Source: the human T2T-CHM13v2.0 reference genome, Homo sapiens
Length of the DNA stretch: 64,000 nt
Reading direction: 5' to 3' (one strand)
NCBI RefSeq assembly: GCF_009914755.1
Contig: NC_060937.1
Both the position numbers and the translations under genes were made by a program. This document shows positions 41,710-62,111 of the stretch, one piece after another. The notes below the pieces were generated by a model. That model made no database searches, was not told the origin of the DNA, and worked only from the letters and a program-made list of their open reading frames with translations. Within the stretch, counting starts at the first letter, position 1; each line of letters starts with the position of its first letter.

Positions 41710-43760
41710 ACTTATTGTATGAATATTGAATACTAATCTTTCCCAGCCACCATGCTAGCTGATGACCAAGCAACAGTGAGCAAAACAGGTGTAATACCTG
41801 ACTCATTAGCTTAAAAATAAGGGAAATAATAATATACAAATGAATAAAGCATATGAGAGCACATAAGATGTATTTGGGACCTCATCAAGCTTGCTATGTC
41901 CAAGAAAACTTTGAAGAGCTCAAATCTGAAGGACAAGAACGGAAGGGGTATGTGTACATAGAATTTTTTAGCAAGAGGGAACAGCATACCACATTCAAGG
42001 AATTGAGAGGTGGTTATCAGGGCTGGAATACAGAAAGTGAGAAAAATAATTTAAAAAACATGAAGTTGCATAGGAAAAACAGTAACATCATCCAGGATCT
42101 TAAATATCACATTATGATTTCTGGTCTTTATTCTAAGAGCAATGGGAAGCAACTGAAAGGCATTAAGCATGATCACATTTTCCCTTTAAAAAGATCACTC
42201 TGACAGAGAGGGCACAAGGAGCTTCTAAGGTGCTAGTAATATCGTATTTCCTGACCTGGGTATTAATTATATAGATACACTCACTGTGTGAAAATCCATC
42301 AAATGATGGTAGTTTAAAATGTAGGAACAGATTCAAGAGATATTCAGGTGGCAAAGTCCATAGAATCCATTTGATGGATTGAATATGAGGGGGAAAGAAG
42401 GCATTGAAGAAGACTCTCAACTTTCTAGCTTACAGAGATAGATAAAAGGTAAATCCATTCACTGTGGCAGGAAATCCTGGAGTCCCAGATTTAAAGAGAT
42501 CACAGGTTCAATTGGAGGAGCTTTTAAGCTTAGAAGTGGAAATGTCAGGTAGACAGTTAAATATACAGACTGGAGTTCAGAGGAGAAGGTTATGAAGAAA
42601 ATACATTTGGGGGTCAATATTGTTAATAGAACCATTAGGTACAAAAATCAATCAGCCGACTACTTAATGAGCTCCTACAGTACTACAGGCACTGTTTAGA
42701 TTTTGTGGACACAGCTGTGAACAAAATAAACATGTCCTCATTTATCCTATATTCTATTTCAGGAATACTGCCAACGAATCAGTAGTAACATCAACTACTA
42801 GTACTACAGTGAAAGTGACATCTCAGGTGAGACCTAAACATTAAGAAAATGCTAGGCATAGGAAGAGTAGACGAGAAGAGCATTCCAAGCAGAAATAACA
42901 GTTAGAGCTTTTAGCAAGGACAAGCTTATCATATCTGAAGAACAGTTCAAAGAGGCCAGTATAGATGGACTGTAGTAAATGCAGACTGGTATAAGACAGG
43001 GTCAGAGAAGCAGCCAAGGACTAGATTATGTAGTGTCTAAGCAGTGAGTGATTTTACGTATTTTAAAAAGAATTTATAGACTACTCTAGCTGCTCTGTGG
43101 ATAAAATTGTAAGGTGGCAAAAATAAAAGTGGGGAGACTACTATGTCCACATGAGAAATGATGAGACCACATAGGGAAAGCTAAGAGTAAGAACAGAAGA
43201 TTGTCTAGAACTGAAATTTGAAGAATTCTAAAATTCAAGGACCAAGAGGAGAAGGCAGCAAAGGAGACAGAAATAACCACAGAGATCTGAACAAAAACCA
43301 TGATGTCAAGGAAGCCAAGTAAAGTATTTTAAGGAAAAACTGATCAAAAGTTAAATGCTTGCTGAGTAGTCAAATAAGAAGAGCAGTGAATAATGCCCGT
43401 AAATACAGAGGAATATTCTGGAGACCTTAATCAATTTAGAGGAATGATAGGGACAGAAACTAAAATGGAGTTGGTTCAATATTATCAGAAGTGAGGGAGA
43501 AAAAGAAAATGAATGTAGACTACTCTTCAGAAAGAAGTTTGGCTATAAATGAGCTGTGTCAAGAAAGAGGGACTTTTAAATCGGAAGACTTGATCATGTT
43601 TAACTGTTGATGGGTCAGACTCAGCAAAGAAGGCGAGGTTGAAGTTAGAGAGAAGGAATAATTGACAATGTATAAAATTTCCTGAGAAGGAAAGAGATGC
43701 AATTCAGAGCACAGGTGAAGGCATTCAATAAACAAACGAGAGAGGATGGACACAAATGGA
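41710..43760 (-). mobile_element. L2 fragments, including a probably nested L2 at ~42650-43150
   Basis: Purine-rich L2 reverse-strand signatures (aatgggaagcaactgaaagg, tggaaatgtcaggtagacagtt, ggagttcagaggagaagg). Confidence 0.6.
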
Positions 43761-44442
43761 GGTGGAACTCAGACTGCCTAACTCTTGTAATAATGTGTTC
43801 TTCCCAGTAAAATCATGCTAAGAATATTTTGAAAAGTGTCCAAAACAGGTCAACAAAATTAACTGAAAGAAAGTTACTGAATTACTGAGGTTGAAAAGCC
43901 AAATAATGACCCAATATATATTATTTTCAGATAAATAACGAAAAATCATGTAAAGATATCCATCAGTACCAGCTATTCTTGATTGCTGAATACAGATAAA
44001 TATGTGAAAAAAGATGCAAGCATTTGTGTGTTTTCTTTTTTTAAGTTACACGTAGGATCACAGTTCTTTGGGAAAAGGGTTCTAAAAAGTGATTATGAAC
44101 TTTTTGTTGAACCATTTTAAGACTGGGACAAATACCTGGAGTATTCTTCTCAGACAGTCTAGAAATTCTTCTGTAAAGTGTTAAAGCGAAAAACCTTAAA
44201 AGAAATAGATAATCAAAAGCCTCAACTTTGCTCTACTAATCTGTATTCTAGGATTTAATTTCTTGATCATAAACCACAAATCTAAAGACTACTGGTGAGG
44301 TTAAAATGGAAGAAAAGGCTCTGATATGGCACTGGATACACCAAGTTAAATGGGTGATCCTTCTTCTCTGGTGGTCTGGAAATCCTTTCCCCAGCAAGTA
44401 TCAAATACAACTGATTCATGCTCCATCTCCACGTTTCCTATA

Positions 44443-44662
44443 CAGGTTGAGCACCCATAATCCAAGAAGCTCCAAAATCCTGAACTTTTTGAGCATTGAT
44501 TGACATGATGCTCAAAGAAAATGTTCACCGGAGCACTTTGGATTTCCAGGTTAGATATGCTCAATCAGTAGGTATTCTGCAAATATTCCAAAATCCAAAA
44601 GAAAATCTGAACTCCAAAACACTTCTGGTCTCAAGCATTTCAGATAGGGGTACTCAACTTTT
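44443..44662. mobile_element. Tigger4/Zombi-type (MER46-like) Tc1-mariner MITE
   Basis: TA-caggttgagcaccc...ggggtactcaac inverted termini. Confidence 0.7.
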
Positions 44663-45757
44663 ATTACAAACTGCTCTGTAACGTTGCTCTTCTTTGATTA
44701 CTGCTTCCTTCGTATCAAAAGTTTGTTGACTGTTTTAGGGAGAAGACTGTGCCTAATATCGAATAAAACAGTTACTGATTCTTAGTAAAGAATAAAGCTC
44801 CTAGGACACAGTAGTGATCCAAAGATAACAAGATCCCTGGTTTTAATTTTCAAAATGTCTAGCCCATTACTCTTATCACATTTCCTATAAATACTTCAAT
44901 TTACTTATATTCTAGATAAATGTCTTAACTGCATCTCTGCCAAGGGTTACATTGAACTATATTCCTATAATCTCAATACCCTTATGTACTGCTTACCAGT
45001 TTCCTGAATTGAAAACTATCTTAATCTATTCATAAAACCAATGACATTTCTTTTCTAAACAAAAATTCCAACTTTTCTATTCTAAACAAAAACTCCAACT
45101 CTAACATTTAGAACAATGAAGAAAAAACACAAACTACTCTTAAGGAATTAAGAGAAACCAAACAAGACCCAGTTCTTCAATTTTTTTAAGTTGACTAAAA
45201 CAAAATAAAGCAAATACCCAACAGTAAGAATTCTGTACTTCAAGATTTTCCTTGTAAAATTTAAGTTATTTACAAAGCAAACTTAAGTAACTGTCTCTTT
45301 TACTGTTCTTTCAGAAAATTAATTTAAAATTCCATAAAAGAATAAAAAGTTCCTATTATAGAGAAAAAGCTCCTTTAATTCTTCAAATATTCGGAAAATT
45401 TATGTAATTTCCATGATGTCTACTACTAACATACTTACGTAACAAGTGGACATAAAAGAAAAGTAAGTAAAACCACTTACAAGTAGTATTGACTTATTTT
45501 AGGAAATACTGCCTGAAAATTAATTAGGGTTAAAAAAATCCAACTTAACATAATTTAGCAATCCATTTATTGAACACTATACATTTCAAATGCTAATTAA
45601 AATAATAAAATATTAAAATTAATTTAAAGCCTTACAGTACAACAGTATATGTAAATAATTCAATGGAAAAAAATGTTCCTGAAATATGATTATCAAGTCT
45701 ATTGATGTTTAATTTACAGAAAACATTTAAACATTAAATAGTATAAACTCTATCAAT

Positions 45758-51301
<5,544 letters not shown>

Positions 51302-52893
51302 TAAATTTATAGTACTATTACTCCTAAGTTTATGAAGACAGACAGAAAGAAAGGGACATATAGTCTACCTAAGAGTTGTTTCACCTGTCCCAAAATGAAA
51401 TCCTTTTGTACAATTTTCAAACTGCGCTAATCTACAGAATAAAATACTTAGAAACACAAGTCCAAACACCAACAAGTATTACTCTGAAATAAAAGAATAT
51501 ATGAAAACATAGATGAAGATGTGTATATGTATACAATATACATTTACACACAAAACATGAATTAGCATATTCTTACATCGTAGTTAAGATGAACAAATAT
51601 ATACAAACACACGTATTAAACAAGATAAAGGTAATATTCATTCAAATGTTAACAGCACTGAATAGTACAAATAAAATCATATTCTTATTTCACTAAAGGC
51701 AATGTAACAAAGACCTTGTTGATAGCAGTGAATCTAGTTTTTGGCCTGACAACTTAAAAAGTAATATAAAGATGTGAGAGAATATCTAAAGTTGAAAGGA
51801 ATAGCAAAAGGTTTTAAAACAAAGAAATACTATGGGATTCAAGATGTGCTGGTTTAGGAGAAAGCTTAAAGGCCACAAAATATTATGTAAAACATATAAA
51901 GAATCATAATGCTTAATTTTTAAGACAGCATTGTAATTAGCTGGGTTTTTTTTCCCCTAAAAAGAGTAAATCAAAAAAGTAAATCAAAACTGTTGAAGAA
52001 ATATTCTTCAGAAGACATTGGTAACAATGGTATTAAGAGAAGTAGTAGTGTTTTTTTCCTCATGTTGCAAAGAGAAATGCTTAATTATCTAGGTTAGTCT
52101 AGGTAAAGCTTGGTTTGAAGGCAGGGGATGAATGACAAGACCTCTGAAATGAATTCCATCTCAGTTTTTAATTTTATATGAAGAAACACATCTAAAAACT
52201 ATCCAGTGAGAGAAATATAATTTGCTCTACAGAAAAATTAGTACTAGAAGATATTCTATAGTACAAATCCTCTTATGACCATGTTAAGCAACTGTCCAAA
52301 ATATTTTTATACTAGAATTATATCACATTAAATTGAACAGAGAGAAGTAAAACATTATTACAATCACTTTATCCCTTCAAGAACTGGCAAGCATGTGGGG
52401 TTAGGGAGATGGGTTGAGAAGGAGGATGATAACTATGTATGCATTACAAGATGAATATGCATATTATGAAGAAAACTCCCCAGGTGACTGATATACCTAC
52501 TATCTAACATTTGCTGGGGAATTTTGTTTGAACTAAGTGATGTGCTGATTATAGCTAAGAAATAATTTTGTCACACAGATCAATCAGCTGAAATATAATT
52601 TTACCTGTCTAATGAATAGAGAAAACTAAGGTACCCTATACCAAGTCAGTATTTCTTGCATATTTAAGGTAGTGAAGGAAAAACCGTAAAGTTTTATGAA
52701 AAGTTAGATTTAGATATGAACTATTAAAAAACTGTTCAATAGTGTCTATAAAATAGATAAATTAGTTTAAAATTCGATTGTAGAAAAACATCCTAGCTCC
52801 TACCCACCACTCTATTACTCAGGTGCTTCCATAACAGCCAAGAGTATTACAACAAGAGAATATAAAAACATTTAAAATACAATTTCATATATT

Positions 52894-52977
52894 TTTATTT
52901 ACACTTTAACAACTTGCTGGGAATTTAAACAACTTGCTGGGAACATCCTTTGTGAGGCACTGTAGCCTTTTTTTATT
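52894..52977 (-). terminator. N4BP2L2: Candidate proximal polyadenylation signals (AATAAA at 52977-52972 and 52899-52894) in the N4BP2L2 3' UTR
   Basis: TTTATT on the plus strand 80-170 nt after the stop codon. Sequence alone cannot show usage in this AT-rich DNA. Confidence 0.35.
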
Positions 52978-53058
52978 TGAAACTACTTAAACTCCAAGAC
53001 AGGCTCACTAACTCTTTTTCAAGTGCAACAACAAATGTGTTAGCTGAAAATAGCTAAT

Positions 53059-53260
53059 TTAATGATTATTTGTGACACAGACACGATTATGTGAGCCAAG
53101 AGAGCCTCCCCACCTCTGTCTCCCCTGTGGAGGAGGAGGTCTTTGTGTGCTTTTGTGTGATGGTTCCACTGAATTCATTACAATAGAAATGGACATTTGA
53201 TATTCATAACGATCCAACATCTGAGCAATCTTCTTTCGAGACACACCATGTTTATTCCTC
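53059..53260 (-). CDS. N4BP2L2: N4BP2L2 terminal coding exon of the short isoform: (K)RNKHGVSRKKIAQMLDRYEYQMSISIVMNSVEPSHKSTQRPPPPQGRQRWGGSLGSHNRVCVTNNH*; contains an internal 5' splice site after 53114
   Basis: Acceptor tttttgttAG|G AGG AAT. The RNxHGV motif is conserved in the family. Stop TAA at 53061-53059. Internal donor CAG AG|GTgggg. Confidence 0.92.
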
Positions 53261-54413
53261 CTAACAAAAAAGAAAAGGATTGTAAATCTTTGTTGCAGAA
53301 TGTACAGGCTTAGAGATTAACTGTTTTAGAGAAAAAGCACACAAATTCTAAATAATATTTTGTAAATAAACAATATATATTTCATCTGTCCACATTTTAT
53401 GTAAAAAGACTTATTAAAAACTCAAATGTTTTTATCAATATTTTAAAAAGGTATAAAGATTCCATATATCACAGAAAAATGTTAATTACATCCTTTTCAC
53501 ATAGAACTACCTATTCACTGAGCCTGCTGACTATATCCCCTTGTTAATAACAAAATTAAAGATTATGAAATACTGTTTTAAGAATTACAGAAAGATTGAG
53601 TGGACTTCTAGGACTTGCAAAAATTGAAGTAAAATATCACTTTTTAGAAGTTATTTATGACAGTTGCTATCACATTTTAAAATGGGCAACACCAAATTAT
53701 TATTACAGACACAATTTGAACATCTCTTACAAACATAATGTTGAGTGAAATAAATTAGACACAATGTATATAAACTGTAGGATTCCATATATATATGTAT
53801 TATACATAATATAAAGCTTTGATAAAAGGCAAAACTAAACTATGGTATTTTTTTAACCTTGCCCCTGCCCCCAAACTATGATATTAAGGCCAAAGATATT
53901 ATGGCAAAACTTTAAAAAAAGAGATTATGATTACCCAGGCAAAACAATGGCTACCTTTAGAGAATAAAAGGTAACTGTGACTGGGAAGAGGAATGCAAAG
54001 AGCTTCTGAGATGCTGGCAATGCTCCCATGACATGGGTGATAGCTAAATGTGTGTTGATCTTGTAAGAACTTTGTTAAGTTATATATTTATATTTATGTA
54101 CTTTTCTGTATGTGAGGTCATATGACACTAAAAAGTGGTTTAAAATTTATTCTGGACCCTCAAAGAACTCCTGACAACTTATTTTACCCTCATAGTTTTC
54201 TGTAACTTGACCTGGACATGACAAAACATACAGGAAACATATTTTTACATTTATCATTCTAGATGTACAAATGCTAATTTATTTATCTTGGAAAAAGGCC
54301 AGAAATGTTTACTTTTCAATGCTGATGTTTACATTCAAGATAAGAAAAGAAAGCAAAAAAGATAGAAGAAAAAATGCGATGAAGTTGAAAATTGGCAAGA
54401 TATGACTAAATCT

Positions 54414-54980
54414 GGCTGGGTGCAGTGCTGAGGCCAGCGGAATGCTTGGGCCCAGGAGTTCAAGAGCCCAGTGTAGGCAATATGGCAAAACCGTCTCTAC
54501 CAAAAAAAAAAAAAAAAAATTAGCTGGGCATGGTGGTGGTGCACACTTGTAGTCCCAGTTACTCCCAAGGTGGGTAGATCGCTTGAGTCCAGGAGGAAGA
54601 GGTTGCAGTGAGCCAAGATCGTCACTGCAAGCCGGGTGCAGTGGCTCACACCTGTAATCCCAGCACTTTTGGGAGGCCAAGGTGGGTGGATTGCTTGAGG
54701 TCAGGAGCTCAAGACCAGCCTAACCAACATGGTGAAACTCCGTCTCTACTAAAAATACAAAAAATAGCCAGGCGTAGTGGCAGGTGCCTGTATGCCCAGC
54801 TACTCAGGAGGCTGAAGCAGGGGAATCGCTTGAACCTGGGAGGCAGAAGTAAGCTGAGATCGCCCCACTGAACTCCAGCCTGGGAAACAAAATGAGACTC
54901 TGTCTGAAAAAAATAAAAATAAAAAAAGATCACTACTGCACTCCAGCCTGGGTGACAGCAGTAGACCCTGTCTCAAAAAA
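54414..54980 (+). mobile_element. Nested Alus: an AluS (54630-54927) inside the right arm of an older AluJ-like copy
   Basis: The host Alu is interrupted after aagatcgtcactgca and resumes after aagatcactactgca (degenerate TSD). Confidence 0.8.
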
Positions 54981-55753
54981 TGTTTTTTAATTTAAAAAAA
55001 AAGACTAAATCCACAAGATGCCAATATTTATGATTCAATCAATCCTTTTCAAAAATCAAGCTACACCAGGTATCAGTTAAACTGGCTTTGTTATATAAAG
55101 GTAAATTTATATTAAGAAAATAATAAATTTTAACAATTCCTCAAAAATGTAATGAAGCCATAACTGCATAGCATTTTATCATTCATTTATTCAGCATTAC
55201 TCAAATATTTTTAATTTTTAAGCTTCTGTCTCTTCCACCTCAGGTATGATACACACACACAGCTAGGCAGGCAAAAAATATCAGATACTAATACTAATCT
55301 GTTTGTCTATCTATACATGACCACACAGCATACAAATCAGAAAAAGAAAGTAGCCAAAGGAATGAAAGGCAAGAGGGAAGTAAATTAGTTGGACCCCATA
55401 CACAGAGTAACAGCTTGAAGCAAACTGAGGTAGAAGGGGAAAAACTGGTTTAAAAAAAGAGGAGTGAAGGTTGCACAACTCTGTGAATATACAGAAAAAC
55501 ACTGAATTGTATGCAATTAAATAGGTGAATTGTAAGGGTACGTGAATTTTATCGCAATAAAGTTGTTACCTAAAAACGGGTGGGAAGGTGGGGACGAGGA
55601 AGACGATAAAAGTTAAAAAAAAAAAAAAAAGGCCAGGCGTGGTGGCTCATGCCTTTAATCCCAGCACTCTGGGAGGCCGAGCAAGGTGGGCAGATCACGA
55701 GGTCAGGAAATCAAGACCATCCTGGCTAACACGGTGAAACCCCGTCTCTACTA

Positions 55754-56110
<357 letters not shown>

Positions 56111-56630
56111 CTACCCATATCTGTACTCATTTGGCAGAACAACTTACTCAGAATTGACTTTACATTATGCAGATTCTTTGTTATTTACTTGAATTGACTA
56201 GTCATGATTTGCTGCAGAAATATTAAGATGTTTGATTATAACATGCTCCCCCAAACTCTGAAAAGGGAGTTAAGATTAGATGTATATGCACTATATTACC
56301 TTTCAAAAATTGCTAAAACCTAAATTCCAAAACACATTGATTCCAAGGATCTTGGTATAATACTACGGTCCTGTAGTTGAAAAGATAGAAAAGTGGGAGC
56401 AACATGAAAGCACAAAGTAAAAAGTTGATGGGACCTAAAATGAGAAGGAGATGAAGGCAGAAGGACAATGCAGAGAAGTGGCCTAGCCAAAAACCAGAGA
56501 AAAAAGGTCCTCACATTTTACCCTCAGTTTCCTGAACCTACATTTGTATTCAATAAACTGTGAAAGGATGTCAGAATTCACAAAAGAAAGAAGAAAAGTT
56601 AAGGATTCAATAAAAATTCGAGTGTCTTAC

Positions 56631-56707
56631 TTTTCTAATTCTTCAGGATCAAATTTCCACCAAGTTTCAGGTTCATGAAACTCTACTCTGTATCCTTTTC
56701 CTATGGC
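56631..56707 (-). CDS. N4BP2L2: N4BP2L2 internal coding exon (77 nt): AIGKGYRVEFHEPETWWKFDPEELE(K)
   Basis: Minus strand reads ttcctttgtgtAG|GCC ATA...GAA AA|GTaaga. In frame with both neighbours. Confidence 0.93.
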
Positions 56708-57439
56708 CTACACAAAGGAAAGGAAGAAAACAAAAACCCAGAGAAGTACTTCTTAAAGTAAAAAGAAGGCAGACAGTTAAATTTCATTTCGACAATACTA
56801 TACACTTGCTCGACCAAGAAAAATGACGCTTTATAAAATAATATGGTTTATAACAGTTAAGACTATTTAACCGGATAAATTTTGATTACTATTCTCAAGG
56901 AATAGTAATTCCTTAAGATTACTATCCTTAAGGAAAGTCAAAACAATATGAGGCTGGGCGTGGTGGCTCATGCCTGTAATCCCAGCACTTTGGGAGGCTG
57001 AGCACGGCAGATGGGCTGAGCTCAGGAGTTCGAGACCAGCCTGGCCAACATGGTGAAACCCTGTCTCTACTAAAAATACAAAAATTAGCTGGGCATGGGG
57101 GCAGGCACCTATAATCTCAGCTACTCAGGTGGCTGAGGCAGGAGAATCGCTTCAACTGGGGAGGCGGAGCTTGCAGTGAGCCAAGATGGTGCCACTGCAC
57201 TCCAGCCTGGGTGACAGAGCGAGACTCCGTCTCAAAAAAACAAACAAAAATTAACAAGATGAACATGTTCCTTAAAAAACATCATTCACAATTTTTTTAA
57301 AAACTAAGCAAACCAACAAACCTCTTTAGAAAACAAAGGACAAATGTTTTAATAATCAAGATCCAACCAGCCAAAATTTTAGAATGTGAAAAAATTGACA
57401 AGAATAAAAAATAAAAACTTTCTCATGTTTCATATTTAC

Positions 57440-57528
57440 CACTTCCACATATGGCTTCATTTCCCAAGCTTGTATATTAGTGTTATCTATTATAACTGGA
57501 GATCTTCCCTGATCGATAGCTTGTTTTG
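57440..57528 (-). CDS. N4BP2L2: N4BP2L2 internal coding exon (89 nt): (A)KQAIDQGRSPVIIDNTNIQAWEMKPYVEV
   Basis: Minus strand reads attttatttcAG|CA AAA CAA...GAA GTG|GTaaat. VIIDNTN is a Walker-B-like motif. G from the previous exon plus CA gives Ala in frame. Confidence 0.93.
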
Positions 57529-58971
57529 CTGAAATAAAATATAAATTTAAAAATAAAAAAACAAATTAGGTTAAAACACACAAAAGTTAAACATTTATTA
57601 TTAAGAAATGTACTACGTCTCTGTACTTAAAACCAAAACTGTGCAATCTCTTCAGTCAGTATCATGAAAAAAAGAACTCCACTAGATTGAAAGGGAATTA
57701 AAGGACACAACCATATGCCAGGTGCATTCTCCAGACTGGATGCTGGCTTTGACAAACTGGCTCTGAAAGGCATTTTGCTGAACTTACAGCTAATAAAGGC
57801 TTCAAGTCTAGGACTAACTTTCACTTATGGGAAATATAAGAGATGAACAATTTACATCTGAATATAGACTAAGTAAGAGAAGAGGTGAAAAATTATTTTG
57901 ACACGGAAGGATGGAGGTTATTAAATGAAAATGGCAAGTTACAAGACAATAGTTAAATATGATCCTATTTAAGTCAAAAGATAGAGCTGGGGAAGACTTA
58001 TGGAGATATTAAAATTGGTCGCCTGTAGGTGGTAAGAATATTTTCATTTAATATTTTATCTGTATTTTCTCTTTTTTGGGAAAGTTACCGCAGATGATTA
58101 TCTGTATTTTCTAATTTTCTACAATGTACAAATAATGCTTTTGAAGTAAGGCTTATGTTTTTGAAAAGTTATGGATTTAAGTCATTACTTACCAGCAAAA
58201 CTTTATATGCCAAGTAGCTAAAAATCATAGTTCAACTGACTTTGTGGATATTTCTTAGAACTATGGTCCTCAAATTGTGAGTTGCTGTAGAATGGAACTT
58301 TTCTGAACTATTATCTCCCATCCAAATGCCATCTTTTGCACTATGAGATAAGAATCACTGTCACAAGGCTGGGTGTGGTAGCTCACACCTATAATCCCAG
58401 CACTTTGGGAGGCCAAAGCAGGTGGATCACCAGAGGTCAGGAATTCAAGACCACCCTGGCCAAAATGGCAAAACCTCATCTCTATTAAAAATAAAAAAAT
58501 TAGCCAGGTGTGGTGGTATGCGCCTGTAGTCCCAGCTACTTGGGAGGCTGAGGCACGAGAATCACTTGAACCTTATGAAGTGGAGGTTGCTGTGAGCCAA
58601 GATCACGCCGCAGCACTACAGCCTGAGCAAAGAGTGAGACTCTGTCTCAAAAAAAAAAAAAAAGGCCAGGCATGGTGGTTCACACCTGTAATCCTAGTCC
58701 TTAGGGAGGCCAAGGCAGGTGGATCACAAGGTCAGCAGTTCAAGACCACCATGGCCAAGATGGTGAAAAGCCATCTCTACTCAAAATACAAAAATTAGCT
58801 AGGCATGGTGGCAGGCGCCTGTAATCCCAGCTACTTGGGAGGCTGAGCAAGAGAACTGCTTAAACCTGGGAGGCGGAGGTTGCAGTGAGCCAAGATCGCA
58901 CCACTGCACTCCAGCCTGGGTGACAGAGCAAGACTCCGTCTCAAAAAAAAAAAAAAAAAAATTAAAAGGCT

Positions 58972-59222
58972 GACGCAAAACCAAACATCATATGTTCTCA
59001 CTCATAAGTGGGAGCTAAGCTATGAGGATCCAAAGGCATAAGAATGACTCAACTCTGGAGACTCAGGGGGAAAGGGTGGGAAGGGAGTGAGGGATAAAAG
59101 ACTACAAATAGGATGCAGTGTATACTGCTTGGGTGATGGGTGCACCAAAATCTTACAAATAACCACTAAAGAACCTACTCATGTAACCAAACACCTCTTG
59201 TTCCCCATTACACTATGGGGAA
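58972..59222 (+). mobile_element. L1PB1-like 3' UTR fragment
   Basis: gggagctaagctatgagga..aaaggcataagaatga...gggtgcaccaaaatct..caaataaccactaaagaac. Confidence 0.75.
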
Positions 59223-61944
59223 AAGAAGCCTGAAGCAAAATGCAAAGATGTGGAAATTTTCTCAGGAGTTAGAATTCAAACCACTAAGTTCAACAGAATG
59301 AAAACATTTATACAGATGTCTAGGACAGACAGAATGCTAAAGGTCAGTTAGAATAATCACTATGGGGAAATACATATTTGGGAGATGTCTCTAAATACCA
59401 AAAGAAATTTAGAATTTGGGTCATAAATAGGTGCCATCATCTATTAGTGCTAGCTTGGTGCTAGCACCAAGACACTATCATCTCCCACTGCTCCGTCTCT
59501 AATCATAGTGATCAAATCTTCCATTCAAAAGCTTATTAAAATTATTCTCCTAATGTCTGATAGGCTCACACATCCAAGGAGTTGTGTTCCAGAAAAGAAG
59601 TTTTATTGATCAAATAAATTTCTGATTTTACGAATGGGGAGATTATCTTCTTTCCATTATCATCCAATACCATAGTCTAGTACATTCCATGCAAAAAGAG
59701 CTCCTAAGTAAAAACATGTTTGAATACCCAAATAATGGGAATAGTTTTCTTAAACAAATGAACTATCATACTGTTAGAAAGAGAAGAACTACACTTTGGA
59801 GATGTTTTCGATTTTAAGTGTTCTAAAATTAATTTAGATTATTTCAATAATAAACATGAAGCAGACAGATTTTCATAGAATGGTGCCTAGCATTTAAATA
59901 TATTCAAGTTCATATTTATTATTCTGGTTTAATAATAAGATACCATTATTCCATTTAGGAAGTATAATTAACATAATTCAAATGACATAAACATTTTAAT
60001 GAAATATTCTGTACTAGTTTGTTTGTTTGTTTGTTTGTTGAGACAGAATCTTGCCCTGTCACCCAGACTGGAGTGCAGTAGCATGATCTCAGCTCACTGC
60101 AGCCTTGACCTCCCTGCCTCAAGCAATCCTCCTATCTCAGCCTCCCAAGTAGCTTAGACTACAGGTGTGCACCACCACACCTGGCTAATTTTTCTACTTT
60201 TTGTAGAGATGGGGTTTCATCATGTTGCCCAGGCTGGTCTCTAACTCCTGGGCTCAAGTGATCTGCCCGCCTCGGCCTCCCAAAGTGCTGGGATTATAGG
60301 CATGAGCCACTGCACCCAGCTATGCCAGTACTGCAAAGAGAAAAAAAATGTCCCACGCAAATAAACTTACTAGTTCACCAAAGGTATACTGGCTCTGCCC
60401 TGTCTATTCATTCAACTTATCAACTAATCTTGCTCCTCTTACCTTTAGGCCAGTAACTCCAAACATTTTCAGAATTGCAATACCATCATTATTTGATTTG
60501 AGCAAAAATGTTCTATGGCATTAAAAAAATAAAAAAATTAATATTTTTTTAGACTGCTATGCCACCCTCTAATATATTTGGAGAAATTCTAGAGCGTTAT
60601 AAAATAAATACTAGGAAACAGTCTTATGATCAAACTTATCTGATGTTTAAACATTCTTGTGAAACTATAAATTGTAACAGCGTGAAAACTTTTAACTCGA
60701 AACCATCCTCAGCCAGGCACTGTGGCTCATTCAAAATTCTACAAAGTTTTTTTAAAAAATAGCTGGGTGTGCTGGTACACGTATGTAGTCCCAGCTACCT
60801 GCCTGTAGTCCTAGTTACTCAGGAGGCTGAGGCAGGAGGATCCCTTGAGTCCAGGAATTCGAGGCTGCACTGAGCTATGATTGTGTCACTACGCTCTAGC
60901 CTGGGCAACAAAGCAAGACCCCATCTCTAAAACACACACAAACATCCTCACTGAAATTCCTTACTGTATTTGACAATTAAAAAGAAAAGCATTACTATTT
61001 TTCTTGTATATATTATACTTTAGGGCAACCCTAGTTGGCAGCTTTGAGAGAAGTTCTTCATTACAGAAGAATTCCATTAAACATGGAAGGAATAACTAAA
61101 CTAAAAATCATCACTTTGCAATTCTGAATGAAATAACTGACTCAGGAAACAATTTATTATTGGATAAAACCATCAGATATAAGGTTAATAGGGAACTTGA
61201 CAGCAGACAGAGGGAAGAGGTTGTCCCTGTGCAGCTACTGATTAAGCTCACCATTACTAAGAACAGGACAACCAAATATCTGCTTGCCAAAAAAAAAAAA
61301 AAAAAAATGTTGAACCTAATCAAGCCTCTAATCTAGAGCTAATTTCCATTCACAGAAAACAAAGAAGAGGAGCAAGTTAAATGGTTAACACCAAGAAGCA
61401 AATAGACAACTACAGCATGTGGAACTTTCTACAGGACAAACAACATAGTTTCTGCAACAAGTTAATGGTATGAGGGTTAAAAGAAGGAACATGCTATGGA
61501 TTAACTTAATTAAATAAAACAAAATGCATTTTGAGGACTTCGTTTGGATCCCAATTCAAACAAAATAACTGTGAAGAGATTTTTTCGAACAACAGAGGAG
61601 ATTCAATTACACACTGGGTTACATGATCTGAAGGAACTGGCATTTTTTTAAATGTGTGATAACGGCACTGAAGTGAAAGATGTGATTAGTAAAAAAGTTA
61701 TTTTGAAATGTATAAAGTATGATGTCTAGAATTTGCTTTAAAAAGAGAAAGGGGTACAAACAAAAAGATAAAAGCCCATATACCAAAATCTCAATACCTG
61801 ATAATTCTGGGTGATGGGTCTATGAGGTTCATTACAGTCTCTTTAATCTGTTTAAAATTTTTCATAATAAAAGCTATTTGTTTAATCATCAATCCATTCT
61901 TTTAAAATAACATAGCATATGTATTTACTTATAGTTCAGATCAA

Positions 61945-62076
61945 CAGTTTTCAATTCTGACTATACATCAGAATCGTCTGGAGAAATTTCAAAACAAAAA
62001 GTATCAATGTTTAGGCCCCACCCCAGATCAATGAAACCAAAATATCTAAGGCTGAGGCCAGGCACACTTTTTGTCT

Positions 62077-62111
<35 letters not shown>

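Noticed and set aside
39760-44660. Possible intronic lncRNA of N4BP2L2 recalled for roughly this area
   Set aside because: Cannot be supported from sequence; the region is mostly MLT1, L2 and Tigger remnants.
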